A stretch of 64,000 nt of DNA from the human T2T-CHM13v2.0 reference genome, Homo sapiens: assembly GCF_009914755.1 (NCBI RefSeq), contig NC_060928.1; one strand, written 5' to 3'. Position 1 is the stretch's first letter. The number at the start of each line of letters is the position of its first letter. The notes beneath the pieces are model-generated. The model was not told the origin of the DNA and did not search any database. It was given only the letters and a program-made list of their open reading frames with translations. This document shows positions 49,406 through 62,857 of this stretch, piece after piece. The position numbers and the translations under genes were made by a program.

Positions 49406-50239
49406 GGCCATCACAAGACATGAATGTTTTGGTCCTTCTCTTGGGCCCTAGTAAACAGAAATCAGGTACGCAAAAGGGGTAAGCATATAATTTCCTTTAT
49501 TTTTATTTTTAATGTGTAAGCCTTAGGTTTTTATTTATTTATTTGGTGAAGACAATCACATTGTGTACGTACAATGTAATTATATTGTTGATGAGAAGTT
49601 ACTTAAAATTTTTTAAAAATTCTAATCGATTTCTAGATGTCCAAATGACAAGATAGCATTTATATACCATCAGAACATAAAATAATTCAAAAAAATAAAT
49701 TTATAAAACAATATGTATTATATTGAGAGAAAGAGAGGGAGAGAGTATTGGAAGAATATATGCAAATACAATGTGATAATGTGATGTCTTTGTGAGAATG
49801 CTATATGTAATTTTCTTTGTTTATATGAATTTTTACTATTTTTACCTTTGAAATATATAAAAGAGAGAATAAAAGTCATTGACAAAATCAAAAGTAACTA
49901 TTTTCATAGGTGAGTAAGTATACATCTTTAACAGAACAGCAAAGAGTCGATGAATGTTCAGAGATATTATATAAGTAACAGATAAGAAGTGTCCTGATCT
50001 ATGGTATTCATTCTCAGTTGCAAATATATATGCAAAAAACCCCACAAATGAAACCAAAACAACTCAGAATTCTCATGAATGTTGCATAAGTAAATATATT
50101 ATTTGGAATAAATTTAAATAAGCTACATACAGGATGTCTTTTAGTTGGGTTGCTGAGGTGCCCCATTTTGCTTTTCTGATCGGTATTGTAGAAGAGCTTT
50201 AGTTTTGTGGAGTCACTCTCCAGGGAATTATTAGGGTGA

Positions 50240-50470
50240 TGTACTGAGAGATAGAACAGTGGATTTGGAGTCAGTAGACCTGGATGGAACTCATTTATCA
50301 GGTGTGTCATTGAAAAAGTAATTGAAGCTCTCAGAGCTTTAGTCTCCTCATTAGTGAAACTAGCATAACAATTCTATGTCCTTTACATGGTTTCATCAGC
50401 ATCAAACTAAATGAAATAATATGTGCAAAGCTTTGTGACCCAGAGCACTTTATGCTAATGCTAGCCATCA
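50240..50470 (+). mobile_element. MIR
   Basis: 'gatttggagtcagtagacctgg...ctctcagagctttagtctcctcattagtgaaa'. Confidence 0.7.
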
Positions 50471-50724
50471 TTATTCTGAAGATGACTATTATAATCGAAG
50501 TCATATAAATTAAAGAAATGTGACAAAAGTTGTTCCCCTGAAAATGTTAACTCTTGCTGCTATAGTCCTAATTGTGCTGGTGCAAATCCCTTTAAATATT
50601 CTTAATTTCTGGTCTGATCTTAATTAATGGATACCAATGTAGGGTACTCTGGATTTTTGGCAGACAGTAAAACCTGGGGTTCAGGAACAGCAATGTAAAC
50701 AGGCTATATGTTTGCAAGTCCCAA

Positions 50725-51349
50725 CTTTCATTTATTTGATATTTGTCATGAAAATCTATATAGTGCTTTCAGTGTTCCAAGTCCTGTGGTTACAGCAGCA
50801 AGTAAAACAAAATTCCTGCCCCACCGGAGCTTACAATCTAATGGGAGGAGGGAGAGGGCCAATAATACAGTAGAAAATGAATATATAATAGGTCAGTAAT
50901 GAATATGTGATATATGAATATGTGATAGAGCAATAAATGTAGTAAGTGCTATGGAGAAAAAATAAAGCAGAATAAAGGAAAAGTTCTGTAGGTCAGATGT
51001 GCAGGCAGCAGAATCTGAGATGGAGATTGAAGTCAGGAAGTTCACTCAAAGTCTTCTGAGGAAGGAAGCAGGGTTGGGTAGAGAGAGAAGATGGGTTCCA
51101 AAGCAGGCACAGTTGGGCCTCTGCCGACTCCATGGGGAACTGGAAAGCAGGGATGGGCCTTCCGATTGCCTTGACTTGGGGTATGGAGGCCAGGCCTTTA
51201 TATTCCTGCAATGACCAGAAATTGGATGCAAGTTGTCCTTTGGGAAGGGGACTGTGACCTTGGTGACATGACTTTCCTCTGCTGAGGGCAATTCCCAGAG
51301 AGGGCTGACAGTAGTGAGCTTCCAGCCAGTAGCACTGTGTTCATTACAG

Positions 51350-51384
<35 letters not shown>

Positions 51385-51930
51385 TGGGAGACAGGAGGTG
51401 AGATTGCTTTTTTTAAAGGATAATGAAGGGAGCCTCTCTGAAAACAATTTGGGAGTAAATGTGAAGGACATGAGGGAGGAACCTCATGAAATCTGGGGGA
51501 TAGCAAGTAGATAGATATCTGGGGGAGAATATTTCTGAGGAAGATACTTTTGAACTTCTTTGGATTTTTTCATATGGATTATCTATATGAGTAATGTCTA
51601 TGCTCATCTACTGCTTTTCCAGTTGTGCTTATCATGGTAGTAGTGATAATAGTAATAACAACAATAATGTCATTTTTACCATGTAATTGCAAGCTTTGCT
51701 TTAGGAACTGATGTAAATCTTTCATAAGATCTTACTAGAGAATTAATTAGCTAATTAGTTAATTTACTTATTCATTCAGTCACACAGTGAGTGTTTATAA
51801 ATGCCCACTGTATGTCAGTTACTATGTGAAGTGCAATGAACACCATGGTGAGCAGGACGAGTTAGTCCCTGTGTTCGAAACTGTTAAGGTGGGGAGACTG
51901 ACAAATGAAACAGGCAATTAAAAATACAGT
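50725..51930 (-). mobile_element. L2 fragments with an embedded LTR33/LTR16-like LTR (~50985-51350) and (TG)n at 51353-51382
   Basis: L2 motifs 'ggagcttacaatctaatggg', 'taagtgctatggagaaaaataaagcag', 'ttattcattcagtcac...ttataaatgcccactgtatgtcag'; LTR-like 'gcagaatctgagatggagatt'. Confidence 0.65.
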
Positions 51931-53614
51931 GTAAACAGTGGACCAGTGTAGTTAAACAAGGTAAGGAAGGTGCAGCAGGGAAACACTAAGCCAAAGAAGA
52001 AACCAGGTGTATGAATAAATAGGGAATGGCAGATTAGTAAAGCAAAGTGAAAATGAAGCTTTCTTTGATTTGGGGTGGGATGGGGTGTGTGGAACAGAGG
52101 TGGGCAAAATAGGTGAGACAAGTGGCTCTGGAAATGAAACCAAGTTTTGTTTAGTGACCTCTTACGTTGTCAGATGGGGTTAAATCCATAAGGGTCTATA
52201 AACATTGGCCTGCTATGTAGAAAACACATGTTTCAATGGCAACTAAGTTGTGAGAGAGGTTTTCATTGCTAACGATGGGCTCCTAGCATGAAGAGATTCA
52301 GGTAAATCCTGCCTCGAGGAGTGGGCTGATATCTCTGATCAGAGCTGGCTGCAAGCTTGAGTAGTGACAATGGTGAGATCTCCAAAAGTGCCAACTCCTA
52401 CCACCCAACACCCAGGAGAGAATAACTTCTGACTCCCCCGTCACAGATCCTGAGCTGAGCTAAACAACCTCTTCAGTTCTCGCAGTCCACCTCTCTCCCC
52501 CGCTACTGCCCCATTCATGCTGCAAAGATGTCACAGGACTGTCTACTTAAAGATTATCTTTCTAAAGCAGAGTTGACTCTATGTATTCTGTAAAGGCAAT
52601 TCTGCTTTTTTGTTTTTTTTCAACACTGACCCAAGAACACTTGGATATAAACAGTAATATCAACATGGTCAGGAAGGGGGAAATTCCACTGGCTTTCTTG
52701 TTTCATTTAACATTCTTTGACTTGGGGGTGATATTAAAAATATAAAAATATTATAGAACATTTTCAAAGTCTACTTGCTTTATAAGTCCCTTCAAAATTT
52801 TATTTGTCCTCTATGTTCATAGCAATTTTAAAGTGTTAGTCTGTAAAATATTGTATCTACATGTACAGCTTTGTTTTTGATAGTCACTTCTAGAACAGAT
52901 TGAAAATCAGTCAGGAAAATTCAGTAAGACCGATTTGTGGTTTATGTATATGCTTATGTAAACCTGAGATTCTCACATTTGTCACTAATAACAGTAATAA
53001 AATAATTAAAGACAAATGAGTTAGTATTTTATCATCTAAAATTTCCCCCTTTTTCCTGAACTTTCTTACATTTCTAGAAAATAGTTAGAAGGAAGTCTGA
53101 CTGAGACCTCAGGGCTTATTGCTCCAAGTAAAAAGTAGGCTGAAAGAAAAGTTAAGTCATTGAAATTGATATCTACATTTACTTTCCCTTTTCTTTGTAC
53201 TCTTTCCTCTTGACTTTAAATTCTTTTGATTGCAGAAGGGAGAAAACTTTGCTAATGCTCTGCCAAGCCTCACTTTTCTGTCATGATTGGAAGGTTTGAT
53301 GTTAATTAGACTTACTCATGGAAAATGGAAGAGCTGCTGCATTACAATGAAAGCCATCTTTTAACAGCCTGAGTTCCTTTTTCTTTTACCTGAGTCAGGA
53401 ACAAAAAATATTCATGTATATTCCCCAAAAGGACAAAAAAGTATCCAATGAAAGGGCTACCTTGTAGAAAGGTCAGAGCATTTTAGTGCTAAATGACACC
53501 TAAAATCACTCTCTCTGCACACCTTATATTGTAAAAGAGAAAGTTAAGACCCAGAATAAGATCAAGAGTTTTTCATTGGTCGTTACAATATTAAAGAAGT
53601 TTTGAAATATATGT

Positions 53615-54240
53615 CTAGCTTTCTCACATCTATGTGCTGATTAGACCTCAGCCAAAGACTTCAGGGGAGCCCTCTGCAAATTTCTAGAGTTCTTTGTGCA
53701 ACTTTTCCTCTTGGGTTCTCTGACTTGCAAACTCAAACCGCCAGGCTTTTCCTAGAATCAGCTCTGCGTCCTCATCTCAGAGAGACCCTGCAGTGGGGCT
53801 TGGGAACCCTCCAGGCTGTGAGCTGGACAATGGAGCTCATCTCCATTTTGTTTGTTTCCTCTCTCTTGGCAATCACTCTTCTGTGCTACTGATGTCCAAT
53901 GTCTGAAATTCATTGTTTTCATACCTTTTGTTTGTTTGCTTGGTGTCATTTCCTGCAGCAGGGTAAATCTGGCTCCTGTTGTTCCATCTGTCCTCCAGCA
54001 GCTTCCCATACAGGCAGCTCACTTCACTTCATTTTCAATTTTAATGACTTCTGTTCTTTATTACGCCTTTTGTCTACTTTTATTTTGTTTTGGTTATTCT
54101 TCTTGTTCTTTTTCTAACTTCTTGAGTTCATATTAAGTTAATTAGCTTTTAGTCTTTCTAAGTCAATTACTGAATGTTTTGAACTTTTCACTTTATGTTA
54201 CTTTATATTTGTTAGGCTATTAAACTAATCCACGTTCTAA
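53615..54240 (-). mobile_element. Old L1M 5'-region and ORF2 fragments
   Basis: 'ctcagccaaagacttcaggggagccctctgcaaatttct', 'cagggtaaatctggctcctgttgttccatct'. Confidence 0.6.
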
Positions 54241-54248
54241 ACTGTTAT

Positions 54249-55543
54249 TGCTACTGGAAAATGGTCCCGATCCAGACCCCAAAAGAGGATTCTTGGATCT
54301 TGCACAAGAAAGAAAGGGTGAGTCCATCAACTGAAAGCATGTTTATTAAGAAAGTAAAGGACAAAGAATGGCTACTTCATAGGCAGGGAAGTCCCAAGGG
54401 CTACTGATTGCCCATTTTTATGGTTATTTCTTGATTATATTGGTATGAACAGGAGGCAAGGAAATATTGGGGAGAAGGGGGCGGTTCCCTGGCAAAGACA
54501 CCACCTTCAAGCTTGGAAATCCATGGCCCTAAATTTGAACAGGCATTCCTGTTTTCACACCTTAATGTTGCTTTTTGGCCTGCCACGCCCCCCATCCTAT
54601 ACCCATGTTAACCCTAAACCTCAGGCTCCATGAGCAGAAGATCAGAGGAGCAGAAGAGTGGTGCAGCAGAGAAGGAGAGAAGAGAAGGAATGTCTAAATG
54701 TCAAGAGGAGTTCAGCTGGGGACAGTTGGAGAGGAGATAGGCCATGGAACAGCCAAACTCTAGGGGAAGATCATCTTTCCACTCCATCCCCTTTCCAGCT
54801 CTCCATCCATCCCACTGACAGCCACCTCCACCACTCAATAAAAGTCCGATATTCACCATCCTTCAAGTCTGTGTGTGACCTGATTCTTCCTGGACACCGG
54901 ACAAGGATCCGGATACCAAGAGGTCACTGAGCTGATTAACACTTAAGCCATCTGTGGACAGCAGAGCTAAGAGGCACTGTAACATGCGCATTGGGGCTTT
55001 GGGAGTTGCAGGCACCCACCCTTAGATCCTACCATGGGGCTGGAGCCCAAAAGCACTTTCTCCAGCTCTTGCACCTGCCTATCTGCATGCTCTCCCTCCC
55101 ATAAGGGGTTTGAGCTCATGGTGCCCAAACAGAAAAACCACACCCGTGTTGCACGTCCTGTGAGTTGGGGGTCAGGGAACTCTCCTGTTTCAACATGTTA
55201 AACAAGGGGTGGATTATTCATGCCTCCCCTTTTTAGACCATATAGGGTAACTTCTGGACGTTGCCATTGCATTTGTAAACTGTCATGGTGCTGTTGGGAG
55301 TATAGCAGTTAGGACAACCAGAGGTCAGATCACCATCTTGGTTTTGGTGGGTTTTGGCCAGCTTCTTGACTGCAACTTGTTTTATCAGCAAGGTCTTTAT
55401 AACCTGTATCTTGTGCCAGCCTCCCATCTCATCTTGTGACTTAGAATGCCTAACTGCCTCGGAATGCAGCCCAGCAGGTCTCAGCCTTATTTTACCAGGC
55501 CCCTATCCAAGATGGAGGCACTCTGGTTCAAATGCCTCTGACA
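54249..55543 (-). mobile_element. MER41A solo LTR (ERV1) interrupted by LTR1
   Basis: Antisense start TGTCAGAGGCATTTGAACCAGAG; end 'ggtcccgatccagaccccaa'; 4-bp TSD ttat; 'AAAAGGGGAGGCATGAATAATCC' junction typical of MER41A. Confidence 0.9.
54441..55192 (+). mobile_element. LTR1-family (ERV1) solo LTR nested in MER41A
   Basis: 'tggtatgaacaggaggcaaggaaatattggggagaagggggcggttccctggcaaag' ... 'ggtcagggaactctcctgtttca'; near-TSD atat / acat. Confidence 0.87.
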
Positions 55544-58154
55544 TTATTTCCAAGATGATTCCTTTTTGTCATTACGTAGCAGCCTCTTTATCTTTGAAAA
55601 TGCTTTATCTATCATCTATTTTATTTGTTATTAATATAGCTACATGAAATTTCTGTATTTTTACAGCCTCTTTACCTATTTATTGACATATAATACCCAT
55701 ACAATAAAGAGCATGTAAGGCACTGATGTTAAGAATAGAGTTTGATAATTTTTTTCTAATGTATACAGCCATGTACCCACCACCCAGATCAAGATCGAGA
55801 ATATTGCCAACATCAAAGGAAGTCACTAGCATTATTTCAGTTGTTATTTTCCTCAGACATCTTTTTTTTCCATCCCTTACTTTCAGCTTATCTATTTATG
55901 TTTTAAAAATTTTACTTTCAAACAGTAGGTGACTTTTAGTAAAGTTACAGTACATTGATTGATTGATTGATTGTTACCTTAAAACCCAAGCCACTAAGTA
56001 TCAACAACATCCTCTGTTCCTATTTTCCCCTCAAATAAAAGTAGACTTACCATGTGTTTAGAGTTTCTGTGTCTGCCAAGGGAGCCTTTAATTGCTAAAA
56101 CTAAAAGACTTTATCCATATTTTCTTTTAGTGCTTTCCTGTTTTTATTTTAGTATCTTAACCTTAATTATGTGAAATATTTTATGTTGTAAAGAATGAGT
56201 AGTAGAGATCCATTTTTTTCTTCTTGAGTATCTGACAAGTTTTCTGAATATGGTAAACAATCTATCTTTTTATATTGATTTGAAAGCTGCTTTCTTCATG
56301 ACACTAAATTATTACATGTATTTGAATTTACAAATGAATTGTTATATTTCACTTATCTGAATATATATTTCTTTACCCAGAATGTTCCTTCAATTAATGC
56401 TTAATATAACTCTATATTATAATTCCTGGCTGAAGAAGTTCCCACTCATTGTTCTTCATTTTCATAATTTTTCTGACTATTAACACACATTTATTCTTCT
56501 AGATGGAGGCTGTTCAACCTTGGCACTATTGATATTTTGGACTGGATAAATAAAAATCTGTAGTGGGATCCTTCTAATTTCCTCTACTTTCTTTTTGTAG
56601 CTCTGTTTGGTGCCCTCAGGTGGGAATGCTATGCCAACTCTCCAGTACCTTCTTTCTTTTTGGCCCAAAGCAGATATTCTGCAGAGTTTCTTGTATGAGG
56701 TTGGGTTGTTTCTTAAATTTCAGAGTAGATTGTTGTTTATTCTATACTTTTCTTCATTCTCTTTCTTCATTTAAGCAGATTTCAAAAAGATGGAATTTGT
56801 AAATATTTTCTCAAGCCTCCATCTTCTCATTTTAAATTTCTTTAAGAAACATTTAAATTACCATTTTCACTTATCTGTTTTTAATTGCTCTGCTATTATC
56901 TGATATTTACAAGTGATTTATTATTTTATCCTTTTTATTAGGTAAGAGGTGTTAATGGTGAGTTTGAGATTGATAGGAGCTATTTTGTTAGAAATAAATG
57001 AGGAACTGTTGCAAGAATGGACTGTAATTTTTACATTTTATTCAATTGTTTTGGTTTCTTACATCCTTATGACACTTTCCTTAGTGTTTAACACAAACAA
57101 CTAAAGTAAAATAACTGCCATTTCTCTCCTTGCAGTTTTGCAAACAGCTCTTTTTATAATAACTGTGATTGCTTCTAGCAAGCAGTCTCAAGTACTTGAT
57201 ATATAAACACATTATTGCCCCTTTTTTTCACACTTGAAGTTTGTAGAATAAACCACCAAAAATATCACAGTATCTGAGGAGAAAGGACCTCTCCAGATGA
57301 TGTTTTCTTACCTGGGGCCAATATGTGCACCATAGAGTCCCCTCTATCTGCCATAAAACTTTGTTTATTGCTTTAATCAATCTTCACATGGTAGGACGAT
57401 ACAGGCAAAAGCTGAGGTCTTCCTATACATCTCTTTCAAAGTTTTCCTTCAAGACCATTTTGCTTTTGGTCACTTTTTCTTTATATTTTCAGCAGCAGTT
57501 ATTTATTTCATTTCATTCTATTTGACCCATCCAAATGTTTAACATGGTTTTATAAAAGTAAATTTATTTTCAGCTTGTCTGTAGATTCAATTTTCTTGTA
57601 GTTGCTGGTATAAGTAATAGGGAAAAATGTATCAGTCTTATACAATAAAGAAGTTCAGATGAGTGTGTGATATAGGAAGAAGCAATCGGTATGTAACAAC
57701 ATATGTCTGCCTGCTACGCTTTTAATACTTGTTAGAGTTTTAGTTTCTATCAGTATCTTGGAGGTGCTGGAATATATATGCAAATTTCCTTCTAAAAGAT
57801 TGCACCAAGTTACATTACCATAACAACAATAAGAATTTACTGCAGCCTTAGCACATTGGATATTATCTTAGAAATACCACTTTGTAGGTTTCATAGATAA
57901 TGGATAAATTTTCTGTTGTTTTAATTTACATTTTAAAAGGAGTGAGGTTGAAAATGATGCAATTTGAAATGCATGTGCATAAGAAGTTGAATAGAAGTTT
58001 ATTGGTCAGAAGGTGGAATGAGTTTTGAACAAGTTAAATGTTTTGAAAAACAGTATGAATGTACTGAATACTTTTGAGGTGTGATCTTCTAATTGCTCTA
58101 GCAAATTGAATTGGTCATAAGAAAACGTTTGAATTTTTCCAGTCAGTCAGTCAT

Positions 58155-59424
58155 TGTATTAGTTCATTCCCATGCTGCTATAAAGAAGTGCCTGAGACTG
58201 GGTAATTTATAAAGGAAAGAAGTTTAATTGACTCACAATTCTGCGTGGCTGAGGAGGTTTCAGGAAACTTACAATCGTGGCAGAAGGGGAAGAAAACACA
58301 TCCTTTTTCACATGATGGCAGAAGTAAATGGGGAAGCCCCTTATAAAACCATCAGATTTCATGAGAATTTGCTCACTATCATGAAAATAGCATGGGGGAA
58401 ACCGCCACAATGATTCAATTACCTCCCACTACATTCCTCCCACAACACGTGGGGATTGTGGGAACTACAATTCAAGAGGAGATTTGGGTGGGGACACAGC
58501 CAAACCACATCACTATGCCCCTGACCCCTCCCAAATCTCATGTCCTCACATTTCAAAACACAATCATGCCTTCCAAACAGTCCCCCAAAGTCTAAACTCA
58601 TTCCAGCATTAACTCAAAAGTCCAAGTCCAAAGTCTCATCTGAGACAAGGCAAGTCCCTTCCACCTATGAGCCTGTAAAATCAAAAGCAAGTTAGTTACT
58701 TCCTAGATACAATGAGGGTATAGGCAATGGGTAAATGCACCCACTCTAAATAGGAGCAATTGGCCAAAAACAGGGGCTCCAGGCCCATGCAAGTCTGAAA
58801 TCCAGTGGGGCAGTAATTAAATCTTAAAGCACCTTAATAATCTCTTTTGACTCCATGTCTCACATCCATGTAATGCTGATGCAAGAGGTGGGCTCCCACA
58901 GTCTTGGGAAGCTCAGCTCCTGTGGCTTTGCATAGTACAACCCCCCTCTCGGCTGCTTTCACAGGCTGTCTGTTATCCAGTTCCAAAGTCACTTCTGCAT
59001 TTTTAGGTATCCTTATAGCAGCACCCCACCTCTAGTACCAACTTACTGTATTAGTCTGTTCTCATGCTGCTATAAAAAACTGCCCAAGACTGTGTAATTT
59101 ATAAAGGAAAGAGGTTTAGTTGATCTACAGTTTTGCATGGCTTGGAAGGTCTTAGGATACTTACAATCATGACCAAAGGGGAAACAAACACATCTTTCTT
59201 ACATAGTGGCAGGAAGGAGAAGAATGAGAGCTGAGTGAAGGGGGAAGCTCCTTTATAAAACTATCAGATTATGTGAGAATTTACTCACTATCATGAGAAT
59301 AGCACAGGGGAAACCACCGCAATGATTCAAGTACCTCCCACTGGGTTCCTCCCATGACATGTGGGGATTATTGGAACTACAATTCAAGATGAGATTTGAG
59401 TGGGAACACAGTCAAACCATATTA
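58155..59424 (-). mobile_element. THE1 (B/D-like) provirus with internal deletion: LTRs 58155-58512 and 59047-59424, internal only ~535 bp
   Basis: Two direct LTRs, both ends of the internal region present, 5-bp TSD gtcat. Confidence 0.95.
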
Positions 59425-60824
59425 GTCATTCCACATATTGAGTGATTTCTCTCTTCTATTCACTATTCTTCCACAGAGAGGGACCCATAGTCATTACCTT
59501 CAAGGAACCTAAATCCTGGCATCTTTATGGTTATGGGTGGCGTATAATATACAGTTAAGCCAATGTTACAGGATGTTGTGAGACTATTCCTATCCTTCCG
59601 TAATTAGCCACTAGGACCACAGCTGAAACCAAGAGGCACTGATTACCACCTCACTCTAAAGAGAATTACTGAGCTTGTGCTCACTGCGGGGGCCAGATCT
59701 TTTTGCAGGGCTATGTTAGGCTTTACATAATGTGACCCTCTAGTCTGTACAAGGAGAGGAATGCAGAGGGGAAGAGATTCACTGGAGTCTCTCGTCAGTG
59801 ACCTGGTGGTGAATATATGGTAATGGGTAAATCCCACTTCACCTGATGAAGAAAAGGAGAAGGATGCACTTCATTCTTAGAATCTAAGCAGGAACGGGAA
59901 AGGGAAAATTAGGAGAAAAGCTTACAAAGACTGTAAATGCCTTCAAGAAGGTGAGAGAAACTAATATTTGGTTTACTGTCAGCAGGCTGTTCGGGCGGCA
60001 TTTTGCCAATATAGCCTTATCCCTACGTGAGTAGGGGAAGGGAATTGTGGTTGGACAACAGAGTTCTGAGAAAGGCAGTGATTGAGCAGCTGAATTCCAT
60101 CCATTTGGTGGGTAAGGACCCCAGAGTATTCAAAGGATCAAATGGAATGTGACTGAAGTGTTATCTTGCTGATGTTACCCAGGAGGACTGTCCCCTAGGC
60201 AAGGGGACACCAAACACAAAGAGGCACGGGATAAGGATTTCGTGACGAGAATTGGGCAGAACTGGAGTTTAATCCCCATGTCATGGTAAGGCCCTCTGAA
60301 ATTCTCTCTACACCTTTGAGAGACTCAGCATTTAGATTCTGACTCCTAGAGTCCCTTAGTGGTCAGTCAATGTAAGCCAAGTTAGTAGCTACAGCCGTCA
60401 GGCACACGATTACACTGTGAACAGTGAAGTAAAAAAATGTCCTTTCTTTGCTTTCTTTCTCTAATCCCAATCCCAGAGGCATGAAAACCTAGAAAAAAGA
60501 AAGTAGCTGTATAGCTTTCATTTACATATAAGATTGATGTTTTGAAATTTTAATAACAAAAAAGACCAGAAAGTTGCCTATCTCCCCAAGATGTTTCTAG
60601 GGAATAGAAATAAGAAATAGGAAAAGTACATTCCATGCAGTATAAGCAAATTTAAAGAATTAATTTTTTTTACCCTACTGAATTGAGACCAGTTATACAC
60701 ATAAAGAGGGTAGTCTTGGGAGCTGAGTGCTATGAAAAAAATACAGGAAGAAAATGAAAGAGAAATTAATGGGAAGGAAGGAAGAAGACTACAAGCTGCT
60801 TTGCCTTGGGTAGGCAGGGAAGAC

Positions 60825-61345
60825 CTATTTCATTCAATGAAATCTTACTGAGTTTTCCTGTGTTCTAGCCATTATTCTGGGCTCTGAGGCTGCATAGTAA
60901 ACAAAGCAGATGAAAAATACTGTCATCAGAATTTTCTTTGAAGGTGTGAGACAGGAATAATATGGAGGCAGTCAAGCAAAGATATGAAGCAAAAAAAGGA
61001 GAAAAAATTAGAACAAAGTTCCTAAGAAAGGAGCAAGCTTAGTATGTTGGAGTTTTGGGGAAAAGTTCAGTGGTTGCAACCTAAAGACAGGAGAGAGTGG
61101 GAGCAGGTTGAGAGGGGCAGGCCAGGTGAGCTGAGCATGTGGACAGGTCAGAACTTCAGAGAGCGTGCTAACAAGTGGTGATTTTATTCTGGTGCAGTGA
61201 AAAACCTACTGGAGATTTTAAGTAGGAGAAATACATGATCTAACTGATAGTTTGAAAAAATTGCTCTGTGAAGGAGGGAATATAAAAAACAAGAGTAGAG
61301 ACAGGGAGACAAGCTGTGGGGGTGTTACTATATTCCATGCCATCT
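60825..61345 (-). mobile_element. L2 fragment
   Basis: 'ttcattcaatgaaatcttactgag...gtgttctagccattattctggg', 'ctactggagattttaagtaggagaaatacatgatctaact'. Confidence 0.78.
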
Positions 61346-62814
61346 CATCCATTCTTTTTAGTAAGAATAAATGCAGCTGGTCACCTTTTAGTGATTTCTT
61401 TTTAAAATTTCAAAATATTCAGAGATGGGGATACTTTAATCTGAGGACATTAAAATATTCACCATTTTTATGCTTTGGTAGGCCTAGAAAAAGTTTAATA
61501 GACTTAGGTAAGACTTACATTAAACTGATTACTTTTGATTTAAAGGTAATAGCGTTCAGCTGAGAATGGAAATAATATTCACCTGGTTGGCAATATTTGA
61601 AATCACTTCTGAACCTTCAGTTTTATCCAGTTGAATAATACAGGTCTAAAATTTCCTTTATTTGCTTTTGTCAGAGCAAATTGTTACCAATAATACCACC
61701 TACAAGAGAGAAGAGCCATGAGAAGGGTCAAGGACAATTTATGAGTAACTTAAGTGGAGGCTGATATAACATATTCTCTAATATATGATGCTCTGATAGC
61801 ATTTGACAAGACCATTTGGAAGAGACCCAGATGGAGACAACAATTCTAGTTAATATGCTCCATTGAGTGATGTTCATCAGCTGATTCTGGAACTCAGGCT
61901 GAACTCTAGTCATAAAATTTGGAAAGAAGGCAGTTTGAGAAATGGTATATTCTTCACTGCGAAATGATTGACCTGAGCATGAAATCAATTCTAAAAATAA
62001 CTAAGGGGCAGATAAGTTCATGACCAAGCTTATAAAAATGAGAACCACTTAAAAGATCTCCAGTTTTATTCCTAAACCTATCTGTGCTGAAGAACTTTTT
62101 GGATGCTTCCCACAGGACTGAAATTCCTGCCTCTAATTTGGACAATGACAGTTCTCTGTAATCCACAATTGAATGGTCACTGGAACATGTTAGACATGCA
62201 ACATAGTCAAAGAATGCATAGATTAGGGTAACTGTGTCAATTATAAGTAAAACCCCATGTAGACTAATGTAACTCTATCTGTTAGGGAGATGTGTACTAG
62301 CAACTGTCTTGTTGCAATATGTATATATGTATATATATATTTAGTTTTGAAAAAGTTAATGGCTTTTGTTATTGTCTCTTCAAAAATGTAATATAGTTTT
62401 GTTACAGAAAATTAAGAAGCTAGAAAAAAAGTATAAAGAAAAAGACAAAAATTAGCTATAATCCCACCAAGTGAAATTAAGCTCTATACATATCCTGGCA
62501 TCTCCCCCATCCCACAGCCCCCTCACCCACAGAAAGAACCTTTAATGTAGAACTGTCTGCAATCTTTTAAATATGCAACAAACACCATTCCTTGTCATCA
62601 GACCTACCAGATTTTCTCATGGTGTGACTGTAACGTCTGAGGTTTCTGAAATACTTTAGAATTTATACATTCAAAGCAGTCACCTGGAGAGGTAATAACA
62701 TTCATTTATTCAAATGCGGATGTTGAACATAGCAGATTTGTGACAATCTCTTACTGCTCACTTAGGGGAGGCATACAGCATATGACCATGGCCTGCTCTA
62801 CGTCCTGTTTTTAG

Positions 62815-62857
62815 GATGGGAGAAAAGAGACCTCAGACACTCCTTCTGACTCCAAGG
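62815..62857 (+). other. Candidate 43-nt exon
   Basis: Acceptor 'ctctacgtcctgtttttag|', donor 'AGG|gtaagg'; unique sequence. Confidence 0.25.

Noticed and set aside
55193-55260. MER41 as an interferon-gamma/STAT1 enhancer
   Set aside because: This copy has the MER41A junction lacking the segment with tandem GAS motifs found in MER41B, and it is split by LTR1.
57300-57360. Minus-strand donor (CAG|gtaaga) and other isolated splice-like motifs (2971, 22125, 23400, 44508-44524, 52301)
   Set aside because: No convincing partner site or plausible exon length.
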